This document shows positions 37,029-50,309 of a DNA stretch of 64,000 nucleotides, one piece after another. The stretch is from Felis catus (lineage: Eukaryota). The DNA lies in the NCBI RefSeq assembly GCF_018350175.1, contig NC_058368.1, positions 102,736,001 through 102,800,000 of the forward strand, in the 5' to 3' direction. Position numbers and translations under genes: made by a program. Under the pieces are notes generated by a model that was given only the letters and a program-made list of their open reading frames with translations, did not search any database and was not told the origin of the DNA. Position 1 is the first letter of the stretch, and each line of letters opens with the position of its first letter.

Positions 37029-38408
37029 TGCTCTCCTGAGTTTTGTGTCTTCCTGCCAGCGATGCATCTTGCAATGTCTTTCCCTGACACCGCTTGAGTT
37101 TCTTAGCACTCCAATACCACCCAAACTTTCTCCTCTTGTTGTACCTTTCAAAAACTGCTTTTCCCTGGGAACGGGGACTGCCTGTGTCCCCTTTTTCCTT
37201 CCCATTCTTTATCTGACCAAACAACAGTGCAGAGAAGAATCTTGGTCCCACATTAGTTTGTTCAGGCTCCAGATCCGGGCCACCACGGCAGTGCCTGTAT
37301 TTCACCTCCTTAGAGGGAACTAGTGAGTTTTCCAGAGGGAAAAATGCTGCGTACCTCACACAGGTGTCTTGCATTTTTAGGCAAAACCCTAGGGGATATG
37401 GTAACTTAACAACTATCCTTCCTTACCTGACGTTCCTTTTCTTTTCAGAGAGCAGATCACTGAAGAGAGCTGACAAATAAACGTGAGGTTATTTAAAGGA
37501 CTCTCCCAGTTTCTGTGGGCCAAGTCTTTAGAATCAGAGACAAAGAGGTTATCAAGACTGTGAAGAGTCAATCAATAACTTCCCAAGGAGTTGAAGCAAG
37601 AAAAAACAATAGCCGGGGTGTTCCCCAAATAAATAGACTCTCTTGGCTAATTTGATACAAATTCACTCAAGTGAGAAATTTTGGTAGCGAAATCTTATTG
37701 TTCATCTGTGGATGTTACATTAGCACGTCTGCGTCTTTTTCTTTGTAACTTCAACAGAAACGATCATTGCTTGAAATCTGGGATCACTGTTACTCGAACT
37801 GTATGACTTAAGTCAGGAATATTTGGCCTTAAACTCTGGCGTTACTCGATGTCCTACTCTTACGCATCGGTTTTCTCCTAATTTGGTATTGCTTGGCCAT
37901 TGTGCTGTGACCAAGTAAGGCAACTGGTGCCCATTAAATGGATTTGCAACGTCACAAGAATACTTTCTAAAGTCAGTTACGGATTTTTTTCCTATAAATG
38001 ACCTAACTTTTGAAATTTCAGTCTTCAAAGTTTGCTTCCGGCGAGAATCCCAAGGGTTTCTTCGAAGAGACGTGCCACATCCAGACCCATCTCTGCATCA
38101 AGGTACCCACTTAACCATTACCCCACGCAGCGCCCGCAGAAGAATGAAGGATTATGTTTACTCCAGGTCTGCAGGACACATTTATATCTTGTGGACGTGG
38201 GGAGAGTCACTTTCCTAGCCATCGTTCCCCAAACTTAACGTGTCCTCCTTCTTCCCCTCAAATACCTACGCTTGATTTTCTGGGGTCATTCTACAAATAC
38301 TCGATCTTTGTGGGGAGACGTGATTTTCACAGAGAGTGACGGCACACACAAAAAAAATAATTGACGACTTACCCATGAAACAGTCCTCCTTAGCTCTGCT
38401 CAGGTTAA

Positions 38409-38444
38409 CAAGTGATGCGTCTTCCCAAGTGATGCGTCTTCCCA
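38409..38444 (+). repeat. Perfect 17-bp tandem duplication
   Basis: (CAAGTGATGCGTCTTCC)x2 followed by CA. Confidence 0.95.
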
Positions 38445-41400
38445 GAATTTAAATACCGCTGACAGCTCTCAACTCCAGACAGGTGGGCCAAACCAACATG
38501 GAGGGGAGGGGAGGGCAACATGCAAATACCGTATCAGTGTATTTGAAAATACAATTTGCCTACTATGCCTGCAAAGGATGTGGGGTGTTTCTCAGAAACT
38601 GAAGCAATAACAGAGCCGCAACAACAAACAAAACGCTACGAGTGGCTCTTAGTCTTTTCTAGGCCTTCCAGTATTCTCTCATTTGGATAAAGGGAACACA
38701 TGCCCCTCTCATGATAGCAAACATTAAACTCTGTGATAATATGCTGAAGCAACAACGTCCCAAGAAAAACTGGAATGCAGTCCTCCATGCAGCCTGCAAT
38801 CCCATTTCTCTTTCCCTAAGACTGTTGAAAGTTGTCAGGAATAGTAGCAAATAGAAGATCTTTGGGAGATGAGGATATTTTTCTTTTTCTTTTTCTTTAA
38901 AGACACAAATGGGTAGGGGATAGAGGGAGAATTGAGCGTTCACGGGACCATCTTTTACTGATGGGGAGGACGGGCTGAGGCAGCCCCGTCCAGACCCCAG
39001 ACAAGACTTCAAGGCCATTCGGGGCGGGGGAGGGAGGATTCCAGAAAGAACTCCGTGGCTGGAATGTTTGTTTAGAAAGCAGCGGGGGATTATCTGATAA
39101 ACTGCTTGTCATTTTTATAATGTAAATGAAACCGGTAGTAAAGCGAAAAGCTGACATCCTCTCACTGGACAGATACAGCCAAATGATTATTTTTAGATTC
39201 ATTTACAGAAGAAAGCAAACATTGTATTCCTAGTCTCCAACACTCACCAACTCATCCTAGCCTCTTGGAATGTTTATTGGGACTGAGTGAATGGAAAATG
39301 CAGGAAGGAAAGGGGGAGGGGAAGAGTGCCTTAACCCTCAGTGATGCCTTCAGGCTCCGGACTGTGTGCACCGAGCCTTTGAAGTTGGCGACAGAACCAG
39401 GAGTTGTGCCGCAGTAAGAACTGGTTAGTCCTCTCTTAGGCCGTGAAGCTGGTGCATCTCAAAGTTATTATTTTAAAATGACTTTGCCTTCCACCTCCCC
39501 ACAAGGACCTGACCCGAAAGGTATTTAATTTTTAAATGGGCGGACAAAGAATTCAAAACAACACAAGCTCTTAACCACAACACACAAAAAAAAACCTTAT
39601 TTAAAATCCCTGGAAGGCTTCTAGTGTAGAGCAGCGTGTGACTGACGTGGTAAATTAGGCCTGCTGGAGAAAAATCAAGACAAAATATGGATTCACTGTG
39701 TTTTTGAAAGGCAGCCATCTTTCCAAGAGAAGGCGTACAGCACGTTTTATTAAGAAATTACATCTTTCCCCCATGTTTTCCGTCTCTTTCAGAAGCTGGC
39801 AATGGCAAGCAGGTTGAACAGATGTGATGAAAGAATTAATACCGGTCTTGGGAAACATGTAAACGAAACATTTCTTTTGAAACACCTACCTTTAAATGCC
39901 ATTAGTTCAATCAGACACTGGAAGGGACTGGATGAGGGAAGTGATTTACAGGGCACCGTTTGTCCAGACTTAGAGCCCCTTTGCAATATGAAAAATGTGC
40001 GGATGAATTTACTGTTCCTCCAACGAATTGGCACGGGGTTTAAAATCTTGCTTTGACTCCGACAACTGCGTTTGTCTTAGTGCTAATAAATTCACCTCGG
40101 TAAGAATTTTTCTTTCTTCTTTTTTTTTCTCCCCCCCCCCCCGCCCCAGGTTCATTCATAGCTGCTCCCCATTTGTCTCTGGAAAACCAACTCTCCCCTC
40201 TGAAAAAGCAGCACAACCAGTCAAAGAACAAGTATATAGGATTAGCACATTATAAAGAATAAAGAGAAGCTTTCAGCTCTCTGTCATGGATGATATTTAT
40301 CACATTTTTCACGACCGGCTCTAATAACAGCGCAGAGATAAAATAGGCTTGATACATCTCTCCTGTACAGAGAATTTTACAACACCAACTATGAGAAATC
40401 CAGGGGATGAAACAAGCACTTCTCCCCTGGTGCAGTTTTTATTAGTGTTCAAATGGGAGGTGTGCGTGGTGCTGGGTGTGGGGGGGGGGGTGACGGCTGC
40501 CACAAAAGTGGGCTTGAATTTTCTGTCTGTTATGCTAATGTATTCATAGAAAAAGCTGGTGCTGAGGGCGGTTCTCCAATTAAGACAAATGAGGCACATT
40601 GAATTTCTCCCCCAGGGCACAGCAGGGGTGCTGGCAAAATCTACTTTATTCTTTTCTGTCAGGGCTGAACTGGAAACAAAAGCATGAAAATTCAACACAT
40701 CCACTTACAGAATAATAAAGGCTGTTGTTTAAAGCGTGAAGAGTTTTGGCACCCTTCTGGGGCTTTATGCAAATCACTCTTGCTCTCAACTGCTACCACA
40801 CCATCGGTCTTGGAAATTAAAGATGTACTTGGTCGGTTAACAGCGGAAAGGAGACGAGCAGGCTGAAACTCAATTAGATTTGTATTAAGCAAATAAATCA
40901 GGACTGACTGATATTGGCTCAACTAAAATGCATTATGGGCTGACAGTAATTCTAATTTGATTGACAAATATATGTGGTATGTTATTAACCTAAATGAAAG
41001 ATAAGGATCCTTTTTTTTTTTTTAAAGGATTTTAGTCTAGTAAACAAGCCTCTCCCTGCCCCCACCCCCCAAACTTCCCCCAAAACAATAAACAGAGACC
41101 ACTGACGTGGTGCTGTTTACAATCCATGCTCAAGAACACAGGAAATCTATTTTCTGATACATGTTAAGAGTTTAAGACGGAATTATTCTGCAGAAAGACA
41201 TTTGTTTTCATTGATTTATTCGGTGTAAGGAAACAGCTGAACACATTATTTATTTGGTGGAGTGAAACACACCAAATACACTATTTTATTAGGGTGAGTA
41301 ACACAAAAGCATGGCCCCGTATATGCCTGGTGATTTATCGCAAACTCTGTAGTACATGATGCTTTTCTACACCGGGGCATATAGGAAGGAGCTTCAAATG

Positions 41401-42015
41401 AGATTCAAAGTCATAAATGAAGATTTCAATCAAATCATCCAAGGCTTTGAGGGAAAAAGAAAAAAAAAAAAAAAAAAACCTCTTAACAAATCCCATCAGT
41501 GTGTCGGTGTGTGTGGATGGCTGAGTGACACAGTTCCTCCTGTGAGAAGGTTCTGGGAGTTTCTTTTCAACACGTCTCCTTGTCTTCCTGTTCACACGTA
41601 GAGAACTTAAAGAAATTTAAGGCATTACACTTCACACACTGCTAAATTGATAATTAAATACTCATTTAATCTTTTTGCTTTTATGGAAACCACCTCCTTC
41701 CTCCCCCACCCCACCCCCGCCCCCCATCTTTTCCTTTCATCTGCACGATCACTTTTTCTGTCTGGCTCCCAGGTAAGAGGCTCCTTCTTATCTTTCAATT
41801 ATCTCTCCTTCTGTCTTTTGCCACCCGGAGTCCTGCTGCCCCGTAGCTCTCCATCAATGCCAACGACGATGAGGACGGTCTCTTTCTCCCCCTTGGAAAC
41901 CTGCGGAACCTCCTGCCCCGCCTGGGCTGCTTCCCACCTGCAGCTCCTGTCCACACAGCTGTTCTTCCTCTTGCTGTCCACAGCCCTGCTCTGATGAGAG
42001 CACATATTCAGCCAA

Positions 42016-42139
42016 GGGGCACCTGGGTGGCTCAGTAGGTTAAGGGCCGTCTCTTGATTTTGACTCGGGTCATGATCTCACGGGTTATGTGTTCGAGCCC
42101 TACGTCGGGCTCCTTGCTGACAGCGTGGAGCCTGCTTGG

Positions 42140-42184
<45 letters not shown>

Positions 42185-42232
42185 TCTGCCCCTCCCCTGC
42201 TTGCACATGCTCTCTCTCTCTCAAAATAAAAC
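42016..42232 (+). mobile_element. Can-SINE
   Basis: Head, (CT)n and tail; flanked by pyrimidine-rich L2-like sequence. Confidence 0.94.
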
Positions 42233-42805
42233 ATCACAGCAGGTGACATCAGCAATCACCCTCAGGCGTCACACACTATTTCTTCCATCCCAGCTTAAAT
42301 TCTCTATTTTTAGCTTTCAAGCCATCGCCATGTCAGACCTCTCAGCCGCTACTCCACTCACACTCATCTCTCCTCCTTCCCCGGCATAGCTGGCCGTCAG
42401 CCGGGCTTCTTTTTGTCTTTGCTTTTCCACCAGTTTTTGCTCTCTTCCCTGACACCTCTGAAACTGACCTGAGAAATCAGTTTTTGAAACTTCAATATCC
42501 ATCCCAACGTTGATATACACTCTGTTCACGCCACCCCTACCGCTTACTGTGGGTTTAAAATAACTTTGTTCCCTTATATTTGTTAAAAGCTAGTGCAGAG
42601 ACCACACTGGAATGTTCCCTGAGCAGACACATCCAGTGAAGTCATACAAGCAGTGTAGGTTATTTTGCAAGACAAGTGAGGTTAACTTGACCTGGGTGAC
42701 TTCTTGCTTCCGCCTCCGAAAATCGTAAATGAAACTTAATATCGTTCTGCAAAACTGATAGGAGTTAACAACTAGCCAACTCCCTTTCACTTAAAAAGAA
42801 CTCTA

Positions 42806-43028
42806 GGGGCGCCTGGGTGGCTCAGTCGGTTGAGCTTCGGACTTCAGCTCAGGTCACGATCTCGAGGTCCGTGAGTTTGAGCCCCGCGTCGGGTTCTGGG
42901 CTGATGGCTCAGAGCCTGGAGCCTGCTTCCGATTCTGTGTCTCCCTCTCTCTCTGCCCCTCCCCCGTTCATGCTCTGTCTCTCTCTGTCTCAAAAATAAA
43001 TAAACGCTAAACAAAAAAATTAAAAAAA
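42806..43028 (+). mobile_element. Felid SINE
   Basis: TSD AAAAAGAACTCTA. Confidence 0.97.
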
Positions 43029-43469
43029 AAAAAGAACTCTAAACCCATCAGTGTAAAGAATAAACATTCACTGCCTTCTCAATGTACAACCTGCCTTACA
43101 GTAATATACCTCTAAGCCTCATTCCATGTTTCGGTTTAAATATTCCCAGTTTGCAAAGGGTCCTTATGATGTGTGCACAGCAAATTTTTACTAATTACTG
43201 CCTCACTGATGCATTTGTTTTCTTTCTGTTTTTGCTTTTTTCCTAAACTTTTGATATATTTAAGGAGTGCTTTTAGAGATTCTTTTAGTTAACATTCTTT
43301 ATTACGTGACGACTGTTAGAAGTGAGATTAAATATAATTTTCTTGAAGCATTTTGTTTATGCCTGTTAGATTATCCATATTGATTTTTTTTTTTCCATTT
43401 AAAAGCAGTAACATTGTCGTACCCCTTTCGCATGTACCTGGAACCCATCCTATGGACCTTTGTGAATCT

Positions 43470-44180
43470 CAAGATTTTTTTTTTTCATTTTGGAAAATTG
43501 TGGTAAAATGTACATAACATAAAATTTACCCCTTTAATTACTGTTTGGTGTCCAATTCACTAGCCCTGAGTATGTTCACAATGTTATGCAACCATCACTG
43601 GTATCCCATACTAAAACTCTGTACCCATTAAAAAAATACCTCCCCCGGGGCGCCAGGGTGGCTCAGTCGGTTAGGCGGTTGACTTCGGCTCAGGTCATGA
43701 TCTTGCGGTCCGTGAGTTCTAGCCCCGCGTCGGGCTCTGTGCTGACAGCTCAGAGCCTGGAGCCTGCTTCATATTCTGTGTCTCCCTCTCTCTGACCCTC
43801 CCCTGTTCATGCTCCGTCTCTCCCTGTCTCAAAAATAAATAAACGTTAAAAAAAAATTAAAAAAAAAATACCTCCCCCATTTCTCCCTACCTCCAACCTG
43901 TGGTGACCACTATTCTATTTGGTCTCTATGACCTTGACGTAGAAGTGGAATCGGACAATACTGGTCCTTTTGTGACTGGTTTAGTTTTCTTAGCATCACC
44001 ATAACATCTTCAAGGCTCACCCTTGTTTGTAGCATGAGAATCTCCTTTCTTTTTAAGGCTGAATAATATTTCATTATTTGTATGTACTGCATTGTGTTTA
44101 CCCATTCATCCGTTGATGGGCGGGTGGATGGAAAACAACATGGGTTGTCTTCATGTTCAGCTATTGTGAATAGTGGGTCA
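43470..44180 (-). mobile_element. L1MB-like 3' end, split by a SINE
   Basis: TTGTGGTAAAATGTACATAACATAAAATTTACC...TTTTAAGGCTGAATAATATTTCATT...CCCATTCATCCGTTGATGG. Confidence 0.85.
43647..43863 (+). mobile_element. Felid SINE
   Basis: TSD AAAAAATACCTCCCC. Confidence 0.97.
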
Positions 44181-44441
44181 GAGACATGGGTCTCTGTTGA
44201 TCACACACATGAAGTGTATGATTTCCTCATAAAGCTTTTGTTTTCCTTCTTTGACCCTGTCACGTCTCTCTCTTTGCCCTAACTCTCACAGCAGTTATCT
44301 TCTCTTGGGGTCATTTTCCGCCAAGAAATACAACTTTATATCTGCTCACAAGGCAAAGCTACTTCAAAACCAGCAGGGTGACATTGAAACTGTCTTTCAC
44401 CCATCTTCATATGTAAAGTCTGGAAAGAGGAAAAAATCTGT

Positions 44442-44910
44442 TGTAGGGGCGGAAAAATTCCTCTTCGACCTTTCTAGATTCTTTGACTGGCCTAACAATC
44501 AAATTGGCATAAGGCAGATTAACCAGAGGAAAGCAAATAGGGTTACCTATGTAGGGAAGGCCCATAAAGTCATGAAGACTCAAAAGGCAGGCAGGTAATA
44601 GAGACTTATATAAGGAAAGGGGTAGGACTCTGGGGCTACAAACACGAGGAAAGCCATTCACCGGAAGGTGGAAGAGAGGTTTGGAACATAAAGTTTGCCC
44701 TGTTACGCAGATAAGTTTCTTAGGTTAAAAACTGACCTGTGCTAATAGCTCTCTTCCTAGTACAGGTGCCCTTCTGCAGTGAAAATTTAGGCAGCTAAGA
44801 GTGAGGTAAAGAGCTTTTCTTCAGTCTGCTGGGCTTTGACTGCCTTTAGCTCAAAATGATCCTTTCGCCAAAGAAACGTATTTTGGCATGGCAAAACGTG
44901 CTTCCCTTCA
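44442..44910 (-). mobile_element. 3' LTR
   Basis: TGTAGGGGC...CTTCCCTTCA is colinear with 52383-52840; preceded on the minus strand by AAAGGTGGGCC (PPT-like). Confidence 0.9.
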
Positions 44911-45702
44911 GGCCCACCTTTGAAACCTCGAAGAGGAAGTTTCACGGTCTAGTAGCTGAGTTGGGAGCTTGCTCCGTATCTCACTGGGTTCCATGTCTCA
45001 CCGGGCCAATCTCAGTCTTGGAAAAGAGGAGTGTAGTTAAATAGCTGTGTCTCATTTCAGGGAGTGGGGGATGCAGGTTAGACTCCCAAAGCTAGGCCTA
45101 TTTTGTGTAAGCAAGCAATCAGGTATTTAATAAGATCATACCTATGGACACAACAGGGAAACAATGGTTAATGATTGGAGCAGACTATCATTCCAGTTTC
45201 CGATTTCTCGGGGCAGGCAGTCGAGAAGATTTCTAGATGTCAGGCACAAAGCACCTCCCGACAGAGTGAGGGCAGACCGTGGCACTCTGACAGATTTTCC
45301 TGCTTTGCAGTTTGAGTATCTCTGGTGATCGTTCTGACTCGTGCATACAGCAACAGCCACAAATATGGTCTATACATGAGTTGTGGCAATTTCTCTGAAG
45401 TTTAAATCAAATCGTTCACTTACAGTTTGCAGGCCTTCGAGGAAAGGGACAGCCTTTTGTTTGTTTGTTTGTTTGTTTCCCTTAGTGATTCCAAGACAGG
45501 AGAGTGGAAGACAATTGGAGATGTTAGTCTGGAGATTTGTAGCCAGACATACGAGGAGACTAGAAGAATTCAGGATCCAGTCCAGTTACAGGTAAATAAC
45601 AAAACCTCAAAGGTAATTAACAGAACTAGAATCTGATATCTATCAATATATAGCATAGTTCTACTGAAATATAATTTTTTCTCTCTATTATCAACCCATT
45701 TC

Positions 45703-45925
45703 TTTTTTTTTTTTTTTTTTTTTTTTAATTTATTTTTTGGGACAGAGAGAGAGACAGAGCATGAACGGGGCAGGGGCAGAGAGAGAGGGAAACACAGAAT
45801 CGGAAACAGGCTCCAGGCTCCGAGCCATCAGCCCAGAGCCTGACGCGGGGCTCGAACTCACGGACCGCGAGATCGTGACCTGGCTGAAGTCGGACGCTTA
45901 ACCGACTGCGCCACCCAGGCGCCCC
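45703..45925 (-). mobile_element. Young felid SINE
   Basis: TSD TATCAACCCATTTCT. Confidence 0.97.
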
Positions 45926-46526
45926 AATATCAACCCATTTCTACCAATAATAATTATAGTAGAAATAATTTGTTTGCAAAATAAGTCTAATCTTATTATA
46001 TTTGGCCTGGTTATTTTATATAAGTTTAGCAATAACAATGATCAACCATATAGACTCTTTTAAATCTGCTTTGTTGGGACTTTTCATAAGGAGCTTCAGG
46101 CTGGACTCCTAAAACCCTCTTGATCCTCAGAAGCCAAGCAAGGATGTGCCATCATACTTCACCTGCAATATCTATAGATTTCAGTGAATTCCTCTCTTCT
46201 TGAGGTCCCAAAGATACCCAAAGTTTCCTGCACCTGCTACGAAGTGACCTTCCTTACTCACCTGTCGGGAGCTCTGTAAACAAAGTACCAACCTGTTTTT
46301 CTAAGAGGATTTCTTGGCTTAGATAAAGTCAACCACAGTTCCTTGAAGCTGTCAGAATTTGATTTGGGGAGATGTGTCAAAAATATCAAAAGGTTTGGAC
46401 ATATGATCAGTATGAAACAACACTTAATTATCTATTTGACCAAAATGACATAAAAGATTTCAAAGGCAAATACAGAAGGCCACAGAGTTGTGAGCAAAAT
46501 TTGGCTCTTTTTAAAAAAATGTTTAT

Positions 46527-46740
46527 GGGGCGCCTGGGTGGCGCAGTCGGTTAAGCATCCGACTTCAGCCAGGTCACGATCTCGCGGTCTGTGAGTTCGA
46601 GCCCTGCGTCAGGCTCTGGGCTGACGGCTCAGAGCCTGGAGCCTGTTTCCGATTCTGTCTCCCTCTCTCTCTGCCCCTCCCCCGTTCATGCTCTGTCTCT
46701 CTCTGTCCCAAAAATAAACGTTGAAAAAAAATTTTTTTTT
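46527..46740 (+). mobile_element. Young felid SINE inserted in the tail of an antisense SINE
   Basis: TSD AAAATGTTTAT. Confidence 0.95.
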
Positions 46741-46938
46741 AAAATGTTTATTTATTTTTGAGAGAGAGTGAGGGAGACAGAGTGTGAGTGGGCACGGGGC
46801 AGAGAGAGATGGAAAGAAAGAATCCAAAGCAGGCTTCAGGCTCTGAGCTGTCAGCACAGAGCCCCGACCCATGAACCATGAAATCATGAGCTGAGCTGAA
46901 GTCAGATGCTTAACCAGCTGAGCCACTCAGGTGCCCCC
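46741..46938 (-). mobile_element. Can-SINE
   Basis: Outer TSD AAATTTGGCTCTT / AAATTTAGCTCTT. Confidence 0.93.
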
Positions 46939-47106
46939 AAATTTAGCTCTTCCAGAAGCTTAGCTCTAAGAAGACTCAGTTTTCCTAAATAATCAAAGGC
47001 CTAATAATAAAGTTAACATTAAGCACAGGAAATTACTTGAATAAATATATTTATTACATTTTTGCTTTGTAGGCAGGTTATGTAAAAGGTAAAGAAAAAC
47101 CTTTCA

Positions 47107-47315
47107 GGGGTGTCTGCGTGGCTCAGTGGGTTAGGTGTCCAACTCTTGGTTTCAGCTCAGGTAATGATCTCATGGTTTGGGGAATTTGAGCCCTGCATCA
47201 GGCTCCAGGCTGGCAGCACAGAGCCAACCTGGGATTCTCTCTCACTCCTCTCTTTGCCTCTCCCCTGCTTGCTCACTCTCTCAAAATAAATAAACTTAAA
47301 AAAAAAGAGAGAGCG
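47107..47315 (+). mobile_element. Can-SINE
   Basis: TSD AAAGAAAAACCTTTCA. Confidence 0.94.
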
Positions 47316-47405
47316 AAAGAAAAACCTTTCAAAATCTCCTATCAGGAGCAGATCGATAGTTCAAGAAAATTTTGTCCTTTTAGCAGATGAAAGTAAATGT
47401 AGGGG

Positions 47406-47620
47406 TTTTTTTGTTTTTGTTTTTTTAAGTTCATTTATTTTGAGAGACATAGAGGGAGAGCGCAAGTGAGATAGGGGCAGAGAGAGAGGGAGAGAGGGAA
47501 TCCCAAGTAGGTTCTGTGCTGACAGCAGAGGGCCCGATGTGGGGCTCGAACTCATAAACCAGGAGATCGCCACCTGAGCCGAAGTCAGAAGCTAAACTGA
47601 CTGAGCTACCCAGGCGCCCC
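47406..47620 (-). mobile_element. Can-SINE
   Basis: Antisense body and head. Confidence 0.94.
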
Positions 47621-47624
47621 TAAA

Positions 47625-47853
47625 TTTTTTTTTTAATTAAAAAGATATTTTTTGTTTTTGTTTTTGTTTTGTATTGTTTTTTAGAGAAAGTGCAAGCAGG
47701 GGAGAGGGGCAGCAGGAGAAGACGGAAAATCTTAGGCAGGCCCCATACTCAGCGAGGAGTCTGACTTGGGGCTCAATCTCATCACCTTAGGATCATGGCC
47801 TGAGCGGAAATCAAGAGTCAGACGCTCAAAAGACTGACCCACCCAGGTGCTCT
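47625..47853 (-). mobile_element. Can-SINE, older subtype
   Basis: Antisense body and head; outer TSD TGAAAGTAAAT. Confidence 0.9.
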
Positions 47854-48563
47854 GAAAGTAAATAAAGTTTGAGTTTTTTTATATGTACGTTACTGACTTT
47901 AAAGCTAAATTTTAAAACTTTTCTAATGATTTATTCAAATTTAGCCAAGTGGGTCCCCCAGGGTAAGATCTTTTTTCTCTCTCTATTCCCAACTTCTTCT
48001 TTTGTTTGTCCATGATTTTCTCCTTTCCTATTTTGAAATAACCAGTTTTATTTTGGGATAAATTCACTTTCTTTTCTCTGAACAAAAAATGCATCTTCAT
48101 ATCGCATACTTTTTCTTAATCCAAAACACCTCCTACTGTCCTCGCATAAAGTTGTTTCCCTTGTTATTTCTAGTTGCTTCCATCTCACACACTAACTAGA
48201 ATCCTTAACCCTTAGTAACGTTTCTAGTGAAAACTAAGAAGTAAGCAATTGTAAATTTGTATTTTATACCAGCAATCTTTAGAGTCTCTGATTTGAAATA
48301 CACTTCATAATTTCCAGAAGCATGTGCTCTTTGTTTAGAACAATCTTTCAATGGGGCACAAGACATGTTGGCTAGCCAACCCAAATTTATCCTTAGTTCT
48401 TCTGCAATAGGAAGCCAAAATTGGAATACCTATCTATAGTCATTTAATTCAAGTTTCACAGTGTTATCTTATTTGGAATGATCTAGAACGTCAATAAATT
48501 GTTTATCACTTAACCTAGCAAAATTCTAAAGCCTCAAAGTTATCAAAAAGATTTTAGAAGCTG

Positions 48564-48790
48564 TTTTTTTTTAAATTTTTTTTTTTTAATGTTTATTTAT
48601 TTTTGAGACAGAGAGAGACACAGCATGAACGGGGGAGGGGCAGAGAGAGAGGGAGACACAGAATCGGAAGCAGGCTCCAGGCTCTGAGCCATCAGCCCAG
48701 AACCCGACGCGGGGCTCGAACTCACGGACCGCGAGATCGTGACCTGAGCTGAAGTTGGACGCTTAACCGACTGAGCCACCCAGGCGCCCC
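48564..48790 (-). mobile_element. Felid SINE
   Basis: TSD TAGAAGCTGTTTTT. Confidence 0.97.
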
Positions 48791-48846
48791 TAGAAGCTGT
48801 TTTTAAGCACACACTCCTTGAAACATAATTGTCGCTAAAAAGTTCA

Positions 48847-48974
48847 GGGGTACCTGGTTGGCTCAGTGGGTAGAGCGTGAGACTCTTGATCTCTAGGTCA
48901 TGAGTTCAAGCCCCATGTGGAATGCAGAGTTTACTCAAAAAAATAATAAAAATAAGAATAAAATAAAATAAAAT
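48847..48974 (+). mobile_element. Short Can-SINE
   Basis: tRNA-like head with A/B boxes directly followed by an A tail. Confidence 0.85.
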
Positions 48975-49509
48975 CTTAAAACGTTCACTTACAATCTTAT
49001 CTCGCTTAAATCTATAGAACTGACTTGTTCCTAAACAGTCTATGTTTAGATTACTCACGAAGATGTTATAAGACAGTAGACAAAGTCAGCCATCATCCTA
49101 AGCTATTTTTCTTGCTAACAAATTTTAGAACAGAGATAACATGAATTTATTTAATAAACACTTAAAATAAAAGTCGTATGCTTGCAGATTTTCAATACTG
49201 ATAACTCTGAAGACATACCTATTTTCATTGGACCAAAAAACCTAAACTAGCTTTAATAGTAAATATTTTCCCAAGTCACATGAACTTGAAAAGCATTGGG
49301 GTTAGTTTTTAAATATGTCTGAGAGTTTCAGCAATCTTTAATTCATAAATGTCTGTTTTTAAGCCAAATTAAATAGGAGCTCTTTTACAAATCAATATGG
49401 TAATTTGGTTTGAAGCACTAAAATAACTCACATCTACAACATACACATCACTTATCAATATACAGACAGATACAAACAGAGACCTTATAGTTTTTGTTTG
49501 AAAATTTTA

Positions 49510-49690
49510 GGGGTGCCTGGGAGGCTCAATCGGTTAGCATCTGACTTTGGCTCAGGTCATGAACTCACAGTTTGTAAGTTCGAGCTCCTGCTTTGGATTC
49601 TGTGTCTCCTCTCTCTCTGCCCTCCTCTGCTCATGCTTTGTCTGTCTCTCTCAAAAAATAAATAATAAAATACTTTTTTTAATTAAAAAA
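49510..49690 (+). mobile_element. Can-SINE with internal deletion
   Basis: TSD GAAAATTTTAG. Confidence 0.92.
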
Positions 49691-49763
49691 AGAAAATTTT
49701 AGCCATGAGATTGATATGATGATGTAAAACTCACTAGTTTATAAAAGGGCATTTGGATCAAAA

Positions 49764-49998
49764 TTTTTTTTAATGTTAAGTTATTTATTTTGAGAGAGAG
49801 AGAGAGAGAGCACACACGCATGCGAGAGAGAGTGGGGCCAAGGGGCAGAGAGACAGGGAGAGAGAGAGAATCCCAAGTAGGCTATGTGTGGTCAGTGCAG
49901 AGCGGACTCAGGGCTTGATCTCACAAAACCATGAGATCATGACCTGAGCCAAAGTCAAGAGTTGGATGCTTAACCAAATGAGCCACCCAGGTAAACCC
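49764..49998 (-). mobile_element. Can-SINE
   Basis: Antisense body and head. Confidence 0.92.
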
Positions 49999-50309
49999 AA
50001 ATTTTGTTTTGACAGGTGGAATAAATTAAGTTCATCTCCTCAAATGGCAAAAGCTTTTTACTAATACTTTCAGCAAGAACATTGAAGGGTTTTCTTTAGC
50101 GCAATTTCCAAATATTTCACTTTTTTTCTCCTTATGATGAGAAACTTCTCCCTACATTTTGCATTTTAAAGGATGGCTCCTAGTCCTCAAGAAGATAAAG
50201 AGTGGGCATGTAGAAAATCTACATCGCAAAGCCACAGAGATAGTATACAATTTTTCTCCAATAGAGTTTTGAGGATATATTTACCTATTATCAGAGGTCT
50301 GGAGTAATT

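Noticed and set aside
48847..48930. tRNA-like sequence with A/B boxes (also at 28064, 35088, 56128)
   Set aside because: Short tRNA-derived Can-SINEs with A tails; no proper cloverleaf or acceptor stem
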